64,000 bases of DNA from an uncultured virus (IMG/VR IMGVR_UViG_3300025132_000001) (lineage: Duplodnaviria; Heunggongvirae; Uroviricota; Caudoviricetes). Position numbers and translations under genes: made by a program. Below are positions 10,602 to 19,037 of this stretch, piece by piece. Under the pieces are notes generated by a model. It saw only the letters and a list, made by a program, of their open reading frames with translations, made no database searches and had not been told where the DNA came from. Every line of letters begins with the position of its first letter. Within the stretch, counting starts at the first letter, position 1. The DNA is taken from IMG/VR virus record IMGVR_UViG_3300025132_000001; one strand, 5' to 3'.

Positions 10602-10880
10602 TTATCCATTTGATTCATATTCTATTATCATCTCTTCAAGATTAGTTAGGTCCTGATCCGACTCAAGTATAAAAGGTAATACATCAACAGTAACTTTTCT
10701 TCCATTTTTGGATTTAAGTTCTGCCCATATTTTATCTACTTCTACTGTAGCTGGATACCCAGGATATCCTGTCCCATCTCCATAATTAGTTACTTCTTCT
10801 TCAGCAGGATAGTATCTATAAATAACATCCATGCTTGACTCATATAATTCTAAGGTGTATAATTTTTTTTTGTGTTTCAT
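10602..10880 (-). CDS. Hypothetical protein
   Basis: 92-aa ORF in operon. Confidence 0.65.
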   Translation of the reverse strand: MKHKKKLYTLELYESSMDVIYRYYPAEEEVTNYGDGTGYPGYPATVEVDKIWAELKSKNGRKVTVDVLPFILESDQDLTNLEEMIIEYESNG

Positions 10881-10885
10881 AAGCT

Positions 10886-11290
10886 CTATAATTTTTTAAT
10901 TTGGTTTTCTAATATTTCAATTCTTGTTAACATGTTATTAATACATTCATACATATCATTTTCAACATATTCATTGTTGTCCATGTATTTTTTTGCTTTA
11001 TCATATAATATTCTATAATCAAAATAAGTTTTATATAACATGTCGTGGCTTTTTAAATGATGTAGCACACTTGCGTGATCTCTATCAAAATAACTGCCTA
11101 TTACAATAGCAGGTAATTGCATCTTTTCTTTTAGTAGCACATAACATACACGTCTTGCATCAACAAGATGTCTATGCCTTGTTTTAGACATTAAGGTTTT
11201 AGTCTTTATGCCTAAAGCTTTTGCCACTGAATTGATAGTATGCGTAGCCTCTTTATGTCTTGGGCTAGCTTCATTAACTTCATATTTCAT
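10886..11290 (-). CDS. DnaA C-terminal (domain IV)-like HTH protein
   Basis: SKTR...VDAR...IGSYFDRDHASVLH matches the DnaA domain IV signature; no AAA+ domain. Confidence 0.8.
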   Translation of the reverse strand: MKYEVNEASPRHKEATHTINSVAKALGIKTKTLMSKTRHRHLVDARRVCYVLLKEKMQLPAIVIGSYFDRDHASVLHHLKSHDMLYKTYFDYRILYDKAKKYMDNNEYVENDMYECINNMLTRIEILENQIKKL

Positions 11291-11312
11291 ATTTAATTAT
11301 TTTTAAATAAAT

Positions 11313-11423
11313 AAAAAGGGACACCTTGGGGCTCTGTCAAATGTTATCCTTTTGACTACCCAGGCCCATAACGCCAGTGTCATGATTAACGTAGACTCCA
11401 CATTCTTTAGAGAATCCCTTTTT
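11313..11423 (-). ncRNA. Candidate multi-stem RNA element after polA
   Basis: AAAAAGGGA/TCCCTTTTT closing stem with internal CCT(T)GGG/CCCAGG and GTCAAA/TTTGAC stems; GC-richer than flanks. Confidence 0.4.
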
Positions 11424-13302
11424 ATTTTTGCCAGTAATCACTGATGTTTACTTCAGCTTTTAATAGGCCATTTGTAACTATTTGTTTTGCAGCTAATTCC
11501 ATTAGTTCTTGCATTTTATCAGTCCATTTATTTAAATAACTTTCTTCACAAATAGTATCTATTTGATCATGAACAGTCATTACAATCTTTACAGGACATT
11601 TAGTTATATTAATATATTCCCTAATTAATATTAACGCAAGCTTAGTCATATCTGCAGAAGCACCTTGAATAGGAGTATTTTTACTTGCACGTTCAATAGT
11701 TCCTAATTCTTTTTTTGATTCTACATTATTCCATATTTTAGGATACCAACTGTCAAACCATCGTCTCCTATTATAAGGAGGAAATGTTTTAATGTATCCA
11801 TATTTCTTACCAAAGGTTGCTAACTTATCTAGAAAGCCTCCAATAGAAGGAAACGCATTGAAATATTGTTTAATCAAATCTTTAGCTTCATTCATTGTAA
11901 TGTTTAAAGTATCAGCTAATTTATGTGGTCCCATACCATAAGCTAAACCAAAGTTAATAGTCTTAACATTAGTTCTTAAACTCTTATGTTTTTTACAATC
12001 ACATTTTTCTTTAGCATCATTTACATAATATGCACAATCTTCTTCAGCTACATCATACCACTGCTCTCCATATACAAGTTCAGCACATACAGAATGCAAA
12101 TCTTGTCCCTTTTCTAGTGCTTCAATCCAAACAGGATCTTTGCTGCCAAAGGCAATGACGTTTAACTCTTGACTACTATAATCAGCAGACACAAATTTCC
12201 ATCCTGCAGGTGCAATAAAACAATTTCTAAAACTATTATCAGCAGGTATTTGCTGCATATTAGGACCACTACTACTAACTCTACCAGTATCTAAGATCTG
12301 ATGAAAGCTAGTATGTATTCTACCATCACTTTTAAAGTTATCAAAGAATGCTTCTCCATAAGATGTACACAATTTCATAGCTTCTTTATATTTGATATAA
12401 TCATTAATTAAATCTATTCTATATCTATATTTATACATCTGTTTAGCATTAACATTCTCTAGTTTTGGTACAAGACATTGTAACACCTCTAACACTTGTT
12501 TAGGTGAGTCCCAATTAATATTTATCTTTCTTACATCTGTTGTAAATAAATCAGCTTGAACATATCTAGGTACAAACTTCTTTAACTGTGGATTATTTAT
12601 AATATGTTGATCTAAATTATCATGCAATGTAGTTGCTTTAGTTTTATTAGTATTATTTAATTCTAACCATTTCTCTTTATCTAAATCTAGTCCATTATAT
12701 TCTATATCAGCAAATGCTAATACAGCTTTGTTTTCTAATTCTAATGTGTTTGTTAATTTATATTTTTCAATAAATGGTTGTTGTCTATTCCTAATAGAAA
12801 TTAAATACTCTACATCTTTAGCTCCATATTTTATTTGATCTTCAGTAAAAGGTGTATTTACTCCAAATGTTGTTCTTATGTTTTTATCTAATGTTTTATT
12901 AAAATATTGCTCTACCAGATTCTTTAGTCCATATCTTTTATTCTTTCCACAAGTAATTACTTTCTCTGCTAACATTGTATCATATACGTTGTTTAGTTCT
13001 ATACCAAACTGTGATTTAATAAATAAATAGTCAAATTTAGCATTATGTAATACTTTTATAATCTCTTTGTTCTCTAATAAAGGTTTTAAGGGTAATATGT
13101 CAGTCGTTCTAACATCTATTACAAATTGACATTCATTGTCGCCTATTTGTAACATAGTTATTTTATTGCCAGTATAGTCTAATCCATCAGTCTCAGTATC
13201 TATAGCTAGCACCGATTTGTTACTACAATATTCCAAAACATTTTGAATTTTACCCCCCTCAAAACATTCTGGAATATTTGTAGCACTGATGAATACTATC
13301 AT
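11422..13302 (-). CDS. polA: DNA polymerase family A with 3'-5' exonuclease
   Basis: Exo motifs DTET, HNAKFD, YGAKD; TGRVSS; motif A DYSSQEL; motif B RTNVKTINFGLAYG; motif C VHDQ. Confidence 0.95.
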   Translation of the reverse strand: MIVFISATNIPECFEGGKIQNVLEYCSNKSVLAIDTETDGLDYTGNKITMLQIGDNECQFVIDVRTTDILPLKPLLENKEIIKVLHNAKFDYLFIKSQFGIELNNVYDTMLAEKVITCGKNKRYGLKNLVEQYFNKTLDKNIRTTFGVNTPFTEDQIKYGAKDVEYLISIRNRQQPFIEKYKLTNTLELENKAVLAFADIEYNGLDLDKEKWLELNNTNKTKATTLHDNLDQHIINNPQLKKFVPRYVQADLFTTDVRKININWDSPKQVLEVLQCLVPKLENVNAKQMYKYRYRIDLINDYIKYKEAMKLCTSYGEAFFDNFKSDGRIHTSFHQILDTGRVSSSGPNMQQIPADNSFRNCFIAPAGWKFVSADYSSQELNVIAFGSKDPVWIEALEKGQDLHSVCAELVYGEQWYDVAEEDCAYYVNDAKEKCDCKKHKSLRTNVKTINFGLAYGMGPHKLADTLNITMNEAKDLIKQYFNAFPSIGGFLDKLATFGKKYGYIKTFPPYNRRRWFDSWYPKIWNNVESKKELGTIERASKNTPIQGASADMTKLALILIREYINITKCPVKIVMTVHDQIDTICEESYLNKWTDKMQELMELAAKQIVTNGLLKAEVNISDYWQK

Positions 13303-13490
13303 CAGTTTTTTAAATTATTTAAATGATTTTCCATCACCTCTATTATTGCTAAGGCTCTGTCTAAATCATATGTTTTATCTCTATAAGAAAATTCCTTATT
13401 TCCTATAGCTTTAGCTTCTACTGTGGCTAATTTAAATCCATTGTAATCTTTATCCTCGATTAAATGATTAATGTCTTTCATTTTTCCCAT
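13302..13490 (-). CDS. Hypothetical protein
   Basis: 62 aa; stop overlaps polA start. Confidence 0.65.
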   Translation of the reverse strand: MGKMKDINHLIEDKDYNGFKLATVEAKAIGNKEFSYRDKTYDLDRALAIIEVMENHLNNLKN

Positions 13491-13494
13491 GGTA

Positions 13495-13740
13495 TTATTT
13501 TTTAATATATTTGAGTGGAATACTTTTACTTTCTATTATTCCTGTTGGTTTCCAATTATCTTTAGGATATTTAAATCCAAAATATAATTGAAATGTTACA
13601 TCAGAATTAATAATTTTAGGTATGTCCCATTGTTTTTCTGTTCTTAAATAGTTTCCCTCACTGTCGTAAACATCTGTTTCTTTTATAATAGTTTGATGTT
13701 TTGAAAAGTGTGTGTGTAATACTTTAATTTCTTTTCCCAT
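13495..13740 (-). CDS. Hypothetical protein
   Basis: 81-aa ORF in operon. Confidence 0.65.
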   Translation of the reverse strand: MGKEIKVLHTHFSKHQTIIKETDVYDSEGNYLRTEKQWDIPKIINSDVTFQLYFGFKYPKDNWKPTGIIESKSIPLKYIKK

Positions 13741-13751
13741 ATAATATAATT

Positions 13752-13781
13752 TAAAAAGGGACAGTTAAACCATCCCTTTTA
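13752..13781 (-). terminator. Intrinsic terminator
   Basis: AAAAGGGA...TCCCTTTT hairpin with U-tract on the minus strand. Confidence 0.55.
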
Positions 13782-13940
13782 GTTATTGCATCGTAGCGTA
13801 TAAGTATTTGATATCCAAGTAGTTAAAACATCTTATACACAAATTATTTATATTTGTTATAGTAAATATACTAATTTTTATTATAATAAACTATTTATAA
13901 CAAATATTTTTATTATCGGTACACTAAAAGATATAGAATA

Positions 13941-13988
13941 GGTATATGTAAGCAACATAGATTATATCTAGAGGTTGCTTACAATACC
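13941..13988. repeat. Long imperfect hairpin
   Basis: GGTAT-A-TGTAAGCAAC ... GTTGCTTACA-ATACC. Confidence 0.75.
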
Positions 13989-14013
13989 ATTTACATAATT
14001 ATTAACTAAGAGA

Positions 14014-14598
14014 TTATATGAAGTCTCCTCCTATCTCTTCTCCTGTTGTCATATTTACTTTAACATCAGCAGCAATTGTAGTTGCATCTGGTTGTAAAAT
14101 AGTATGAGTAGGATCATCATCAGACATTATTACTTGAGTATTACTATAAATATAGTTACCTTCATGAGTAATAAAGTCTCCATCTTTACCTTTTCTTTTA
14201 GCAGCAGTTAGATAATTTTCCGCTTGCCATTCATTAGCTTCTGTAGTTTCTAATATTTGAATTCTACAACGTGTTCCACCTATTGTAGGATTTAATATAT
14301 TCATATATAGATACTCTCCTTTGTCAGTCATTTCCCATCCTGCAGTAGGACCAAAATCACATCCAAAGTATTCAGTAGCATCAGCTGGTTCAGCAGTTAC
14401 CCATGCTCTTCGTGCACTTGAACTAAATCTTTCATCTGATTTATTTAACATTCCAAGTATATTTTGTGCTTTACCATTGTTAATTGCTTCAGCAAATTCT
14501 AAGTGTAATTTACCTCCAGTTACTTTTCTTGCTGATACTAATAAAGTTTCTCCTGGTTTTAGAGTGTCAAGAGCACCACTATTTAATTGATTTGTCAT
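14014..14598 (-). CDS. Hypothetical early protein
   Basis: 194-aa ORF with A-rich leader. Confidence 0.75.
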   Translation of the reverse strand: MTNQLNSGALDTLKPGETLLVSARKVTGGKLHLEFAEAINNGKAQNILGMLNKSDERFSSSARRAWVTAEPADATEYFGCDFGPTAGWEMTDKGEYLYMNILNPTIGGTRCRIQILETTEANEWQAENYLTAAKRKGKDGDFITHEGNYIYSNTQVIMSDDDPTHTILQPDATTIAADVKVNMTTGEEIGGDFI

Positions 14599-14634
14599 TT
14601 TTTTATGATTTTTAAAGTTGAAATTAATTATTTA

Positions 14635-15039
14635 TTATTGTTCCCATACACCACCATTATCAAGTGAGTCTTTAAACTCATCTAATAATTCTTGTCCAAA
14701 GTTTAGATTTCCTTGTGTCCAATCCATCATATGTTTTGATCCAAGGAAGTGCCCAATCCAAAATACGTCCATTAAACATTTTGGTTCTAAAGCATATAAT
14801 AGTTTACTTACTTTCTTAGGATTAGTATTGTCTTTTACATTGACATACTCTTGCTCAAATGAGTGTTGTAGTTTATCCATAAATCCTTTAGAACTTCCAA
14901 ATATTATATCATAGTCATCTGTTGCAAGATTTACTAATTCAAAATCATGCAAAGCTTTATAATATAAATCTTTGAATTTGTTAGTGTCGTCATTGATGAG
15001 TTTCTTCACATCATCGGGTGAAATCTTTTTACGTGCCAT
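14635..15039 (-). CDS. Hypothetical protein
   Basis: 134-aa ORF; leader resembles that of the downstream gene. Confidence 0.7.
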   Translation of the reverse strand: MARKKISPDDVKKLINDDTNKFKDLYYKALHDFELVNLATDDYDIIFGSSKGFMDKLQHSFEQEYVNVKDNTNPKKVSKLLYALEPKCLMDVFWIGHFLGSKHMMDWTQGNLNFGQELLDEFKDSLDNGGVWEQ

Positions 15040-15164
15040 AAATGATTTTTTAAATGTTAATAAATAATGTTGTATAATTTTAGTTTAAAGCCCACATACC
15101 ACGTCAAGGTATTATACACATGTGAGAACTACGATTGTTAGAAGGTTCGTAGTCAACCTTATAT

Positions 15165-15464
15165 TTAGTCATTATCTAGTTGTTCTCCTCTAGTTATTGC
15201 ATCCATAAATTCTTTTCTTGAATCTCCGAATTCACTTATATGCCCATAATTTATTTTAGCATCATATCCTAACTCATGTAATTTCTCTAGACATTTTTCT
15301 AAAGCATTTGATATTAGTTTATAATCTCTTTCTAGATCACTGTATATAGATTGGTATTCATATATAATTTTCATTTTATTACCATTTTTATACTTATTTT
15401 CATCAAGTATTTCTTGCATTACTACTTTTGTATTCTTTCTTGCATGTAATTGTTCATGTTCCAT
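15165..15464 (-). CDS. Hypothetical protein (start revised to ATG 15464)
   Basis: MEHEQLHARK...; the longer start in the track overlaps another plausible ORF. Confidence 0.55.
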   Translation of the reverse strand: MEHEQLHARKNTKVVMQEILDENKYKNGNKMKIIYEYQSIYSDLERDYKLISNALEKCLEKLHELGYDAKINYGHISEFGDSRKEFMDAITRGEQLDND

Positions 15465-15612
15465 TTCTATGTTTATTTTTACGGTTATACTTCTTTTTAT
15501 TTTTATGTGGTTTAGATCTAATGTCCATTCCATGATTGTTAATAGCATCAAGATGACTTTTTCGTCTAATTCTTGATGCTATCAACTTTTTGTCCTCATC
15601 ACTGATTTTCAT
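15454..15612 (-). CDS. Small basic protein (52 aa) with ArfA-like motif
   Basis: Manual translation MKISDEDKKLIASRIRRKSHLDAINNHGMDIRSKPHKNKKKYNRKNKHRNGT; ATGA-coupled to upstream ORF. Confidence 0.55.
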   Translation of the reverse strand: MKISDEDKKLIASRIRRKSHLDAINNHGMDIRSKPHKNKKKYNRKNKHRNGT

Positions 15613-15767
15613 ATCAGTCTATTGATAACAGGACTGGTGACATTAACGAATCTATCACACCATTTAGCATAGGATTTATTACCTATGAATAAATTTGATT
15701 CTAAATACATTTCAAAATCTCTTTGAAATTGTTTATAAGCTCTGTTCCATTTTTTACTCTCCTTCAT
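15609..15767 (-). CDS. Small hypothetical protein (52 aa)
   Basis: Manual translation MKESKKWNRAYKQFQRDFEMYLESN...; fills the gap. Confidence 0.5.
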   Translation of the reverse strand: MKESKKWNRAYKQFQRDFEMYLESNLFIGNKSYAKWCDRFVNVTSPVINRLI

Positions 15768-15948
15768 GTGTATTAGGTTTAATTTGATTTATTAATTGAT
15801 TAAAATTATGATCTTCTATTTCTTTATTCATTTGTTTTATGTCTTCATCACTGAATAATTTGTGTTTTGTACATAAATATGATATAATAGTAGCATCTTC
15901 TTCATTAAGTTTACCACAGTTAAATAGGAATTTTATTAGTTCTAGCAT
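15754..15948 (-). CDS. Hypothetical protein
   Basis: 64-aa ORF. Confidence 0.6.
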   Translation of the reverse strand: MLELIKFLFNCGKLNEEDATIISYLCTKHKLFSDEDIKQMNKEIEDHNFNQLINQIKPNTHEGE

Positions 15949-15954
15949 TGTATT

Positions 15955-16203
15955 TTATTTTAAAATGTTAGTAAATTGGTATCCTACTATTGGCTCACCT
16001 TTTCTGTTCTTGCTTCTAAGTTTAATACCTTTTTGTTTTAAACTACTCATTATTCTTATAGCTTGTAACATATAAGTTAGATGAACTATCTTACCTTGTT
16101 CTGTTACTTTCTTTGGTTTGTCAAGTGTAAATGATAAAGTATTATAGATTTTATTATTGATTTTCTTAGCGTTGTCTATGTAGACTGTTAATCTCTGCTT
16201 CAT
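15955..16203 (-). CDS. Hypothetical protein
   Basis: 82-aa basic ORF with A-rich leader. Confidence 0.6.
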   Translation of the reverse strand: MKQRLTVYIDNAKKINNKIYNTLSFTLDKPKKVTEQGKIVHLTYMLQAIRIMSSLKQKGIKLRSKNRKGEPIVGYQFTNILK

Positions 16204-16319
16204 GGTTTTAAAGTTTTTAATGTTAATGTTTTAATTTATTTTCTAATTATTTATGCTATTATGCTTAATTTCCAACTTGAATACATATTATTATTATATA
16301 AATAATTATCATACTTTCA

Positions 16320-17170
16320 ACGTAGTATGTAAACGTTAGTCTTAGGATGTGAAGGAATTGAACCTTCAAACTATCATTTGCATTAACTGCTTCGTGTTTA
16401 TCTATTAGATCCACAGATAAGTTAAATGTTTTTTATAATCTCAAACCATTTCAGGTTTCCTAAATTACTTTATAATAGTTGTAACCATACCATCTTTGTT
16501 TTAAACAGTTTACTCTGTTATAATAAATAGTACATGAGTGATGAGCAAACTACTCTCACAATGATGACTCTTGGGTCTTCCCCTTGCTGTGTCATTAACC
16601 CTATGCAGATGATTAATCTTTATACTTATACTCAATTAACAATGATTAGTTGCCAATATCATACATCATATAGTTCTGTTAAGAACTTCATAAGTTGTCA
16701 GGACTTTGAGATGGCCCTATAACATTAATGTTTTCAAAGTAAGTTGTTTATATTACTTTGTTCATCATACCTCTGTTTATACACTACATACGACAATACA
16801 ATCATTTGATTATACTATCAGGCATCATACCAAACAGAGTGCACTAGCCCCTTTGATTCAGGTTTATTGTGCGACACTCAGGATACTTGGCAGCTAACCA
16901 TTTGTATCCTTTGTACTATTTTTAGATTAAATGGGAAATGGTTAGGTTGCTACACATCTTTGATATCTTCTAACAATGTATTACGTATTGACTTTCGTCT
17001 TCAAATACATTAGATATACAACTGTTTGTTGTTGATGCTGAATTTACACTAACCAAATCCCTTTTGTGTTATATATTACTATCAAAGTAATATTGTACTG
17101 TGGCAATTTGTTTAAGAAAGCCACTAATATGACCAGATTCACGCTCTTGCGACTTCCTTAAACAATCTTC
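16320..17170 (-). ncRNA. Candidate large structured non-coding RNA region (strand inferred from flanking genes)
   Basis: No credible ORF over about 850 nt; dense nested inverted repeats, including a tRNA-like T-arm on the minus strand at 16351-16367. Confidence 0.45.
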
Positions 17171-17180
17171 ACCTAAATTT

Positions 17181-17203
17181 AAAAAAAGGGGAATTTATTC
17201 CCC
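17181..17203 (-). terminator. Intrinsic terminator
   Basis: Minus strand GGGGAAT-AA-ATTCCCC-TTTTTTT overlapping the stop of 17195..17563. Confidence 0.65.
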
Positions 17204-17563
17204 CATACTGGCATTGACAGCGTCATTGACAGTAGCATTAAAACTGTTTACAGCTTTAATGTTCTTTGTTGCAACGGTGAGATCACCGTGACAACCTTTA
17301 AAAGACCAATAGTCTTTTGAAGCAGTTTTACCTTTAGACCAGGTAAAACCTTTAGGCGTATATTTTATACGACATGTCTTACCGATCTCTACATCGGTAG
17401 ACTTGTTAACTGGTATTATGAATTCATTCTGAATACCAGGCATTGTTGGGTCAATTGATTTGAACCCAGCAATGAACCAACGAGGTTTGGGTGTACCATC
17501 CTCGTTTGTACCAGCTGTTATCTCTGTAGAGAGGATAACAGCGTCGAAAGTTATTTCTTCCAT
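17195..17563 (-). CDS. Putative OB-fold protein (DUF3127-like)
   Basis: EIGKTCRIKYTPKGFTW...DYWSF loosely resembles small OB-fold ssDNA-binding proteins; first gene of the leftward unit. Confidence 0.45.
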   Translation of the reverse strand: MEEITFDAVILSTEITAGTNEDGTPKPRWFIAGFKSIDPTMPGIQNEFIIPVNKSTDVEIGKTCRIKYTPKGFTWSKGKTASKDYWSFKGCHGDLTVATKNIKAVNSFNATVNDAVNASMGE

Positions 17564-17599
17564 AGCTTTAGACTTTTTAATTTTTAATTAATAATTATG

Positions 17600-17705
17600 T
17601 AAATGCGGGGGTACTTGACCCGCAATTACTAGGTGGGGTGACTTTTGGAGTTGGTTCACGCTCTCAAAGATCCTCCCCAAAAAAATTTTTTTAACAATTT
17701 TTTAA
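17600..17705. other. GC-rich strand-switch element
   Basis: GCGGG-GGTACTTGA-CCCGC hairpin, G/C runs and an A8/T8 palindrome at the divergence point. Confidence 0.5.
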
Positions 17706-17749
17706 CAAGTTATTAACATTCGTATAACATTAGATGTGTATATTGCAGT

Positions 17750-17824
17750 ATGAAAAGAATAGATATTTCAAATTATTTATATATTTTTATTATAATAGTT
17801 GCATTTATTGCAGGATTGTTGTAA
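17750..17824 (+). CDS. 24-aa hydrophobic peptide
   Basis: MKRIDISNYLYIFIIIVAFIAGLL; preceded by promoter-like TATATTGC. Confidence 0.4.
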   Translation: MKRIDISNYLYIFIIIVAFIAGLL

Positions 17825-17829
17825 TATTG

Positions 17830-18060
17830 CAATGGAATCTTAGATCACCCTAGAGGGCCAAAAGGTAGTTATAGGGTCAGAAGTTGGGTTTACGAGTTAA
17901 TTTATTAACCACGGTTGTCCCCAATAATTCCACAAAATGCTTTGATATAAAACTTAGGTGGGAGTAATACTATAGGCTGAAAGAAATGTACCCATGTAGG
18001 CTAAAAACGGTAAGTAGAAATTCAAAGTTAAACTAATTCTCAAGGGGATACCTATATCCA
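17830..18060 (+). ncRNA. Candidate two-domain structured RNA
   Basis: Nested helices TGGAAT/ATTCCA, ACCCTA/TAGGGT, TTGGG/CCCAA, CTTTGA/TCAAAG, ACTTA/TAAGT; elevated GC; no ORF. Confidence 0.5.
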
Positions 18061-18083
18061 TAACTCAAGTAACATTTAATTTA

Positions 18084-18254
18084 ATGCCTACACATAAGAA
18101 AATAGTAAAGATTTCTGAAGAAGATTATCATAGACTTAAAAAGGACTATGGCACCATTCTAGATCTATACATACAAGATAATAATTATTATGTTATTGCA
18201 GAGATAAAAGAATTAAAATCTCTAAATGTTAACTTAGACGTTCCATTTTATTAA
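18084..18254 (+). CDS. Small hypothetical protein (56 aa)
   Basis: Manual translation MPTHKKIVKISEEDYHRLKK... Confidence 0.55.
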   Translation: MPTHKKIVKISEEDYHRLKKDYGTILDLYIQDNNYYVIAEIKELKSLNVNLDVPFY

Positions 18255-18260
18255 TAAAAG

Positions 18261-18293
18261 TTTGTAGATATAAAAAAAATTGTTATATATTTG
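18261..18293 (+). promoter_or_regulatory. Bacteroidota primary-sigma promoter
   Basis: TTTG-N21-TATATTTG upstream of groES; matches the -33/-7 consensus. Confidence 0.75.
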
Positions 18294-18320
18294 TGTATAT
18301 AACTAAAATATTAATAGACT

Positions 18321-18608
18321 ATGTCGAAACAAACTTTAAAAAACTTTACTCCCACAAGAGATTGGGTAGTAGTAGAAGATCCTAGACAAAAAGAATCTGA
18401 AAGTGGTATTATATTACCAGAAGGTGTATCATCCAAATTACAATCAAACGTTTCTAAAATTTTAGCTGTAGGTCCAGAGTGTAAATCTGCATCTGTAGGA
18501 GATATCGCTATGATCAATCCTACAACAACAGGTAATATTATAGAAATAGGTAATATATCATATGTAATGATTCCAGAGCATTTTTGTATGGGAATATTTA
18601 AACAATAA
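18321..18608 (+). CDS. groES: Co-chaperonin GroES (Cpn10)
   Basis: PTRDWVVV, SGIILP mobile loop, ILAVGP, VGD; 95 aa. Confidence 0.9.
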   Translation: MSKQTLKNFTPTRDWVVVEDPRQKESESGIILPEGVSSKLQSNVSKILAVGPECKSASVGDIAMINPTTTGNIIEIGNISYVMIPEHFCMGIFKQ

Positions 18609-18612
18609 AATT

Positions 18613-18792
18613 ATGGAAGAAATATATTTAATTTCAGATATGGTTGACTGGAAACAAGATTTTTTTAAAGATATGTATGGAGAGCATGTGTATGGAATAT
18701 CTAAAAGTGGATCTATTTTATATAATAATGATAATAAAAAAGTTTCTGATCGCGTATATTATACATATTTAACAAAAGAAGAGACTGTATAA
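18613..18792 (+). CDS. Small hypothetical protein (59 aa)
   Basis: Manual translation MEEIYLISDMVDWKQ...; TAATG overlap with next gene. Confidence 0.6.
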   Translation: MEEIYLISDMVDWKQDFFKDMYGEHVYGISKSGSILYNNDNKKVSDRVYYTYLTKEETV

Positions 18793-19037
18793 TGAAAGGT
18801 ACTGTTACTATCAGTTTAGAAGATTATAATAAATTAATTGATAAAGGTAAAACTGTTGCTGATAAAGAAGAAGTTGTTTTAAGAACAGCTAAAGAATTAT
18901 CTGTCTTTTTATCTTTTTTAGCTAGTAGGGAAGATTTAGAGAAGTATGTTACACAATTTAATTTACAATCTAAAACAAGTAAAATAACTTTTCAAGGTAC
19001 TAGAGCTATGATAGAGTTTAGAAATGCTAAGGACTAG
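18792..19037 (+). CDS. Hypothetical protein
   Basis: 81 aa; TVTISLEDY N-terminus. Confidence 0.7.
   Translation: MKGTVTISLEDYNKLIDKGKTVADKEEVVLRTAKELSVFLSFLASREDLEKYVTQFNLQSKTSKITFQGTRAMIEFRNAKD

Noticed and set aside
15464..15551. Extended N-terminus of ORF 15165-15551
   Set aside because: It overlaps a better coupled small ORF (15454-15612); ATG 15464 is preferred.
16340..16430. Complete tRNA gene
   Set aside because: Only a T-arm is visible; no cloverleaf could be built.
16450..16850. CRISPR mini-array (GTTG-starting hairpins, recurring CATCATA)
   Set aside because: No repeated unit of 23 nt or more with regular spacing; no cas genes.
16534..16897. Two plus-strand ORFs (62 and 63 aa) in the hairpin-rich tract
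   Set aside because: Opposite to local gene orientation, atypical composition, and overlapping the predicted stems.
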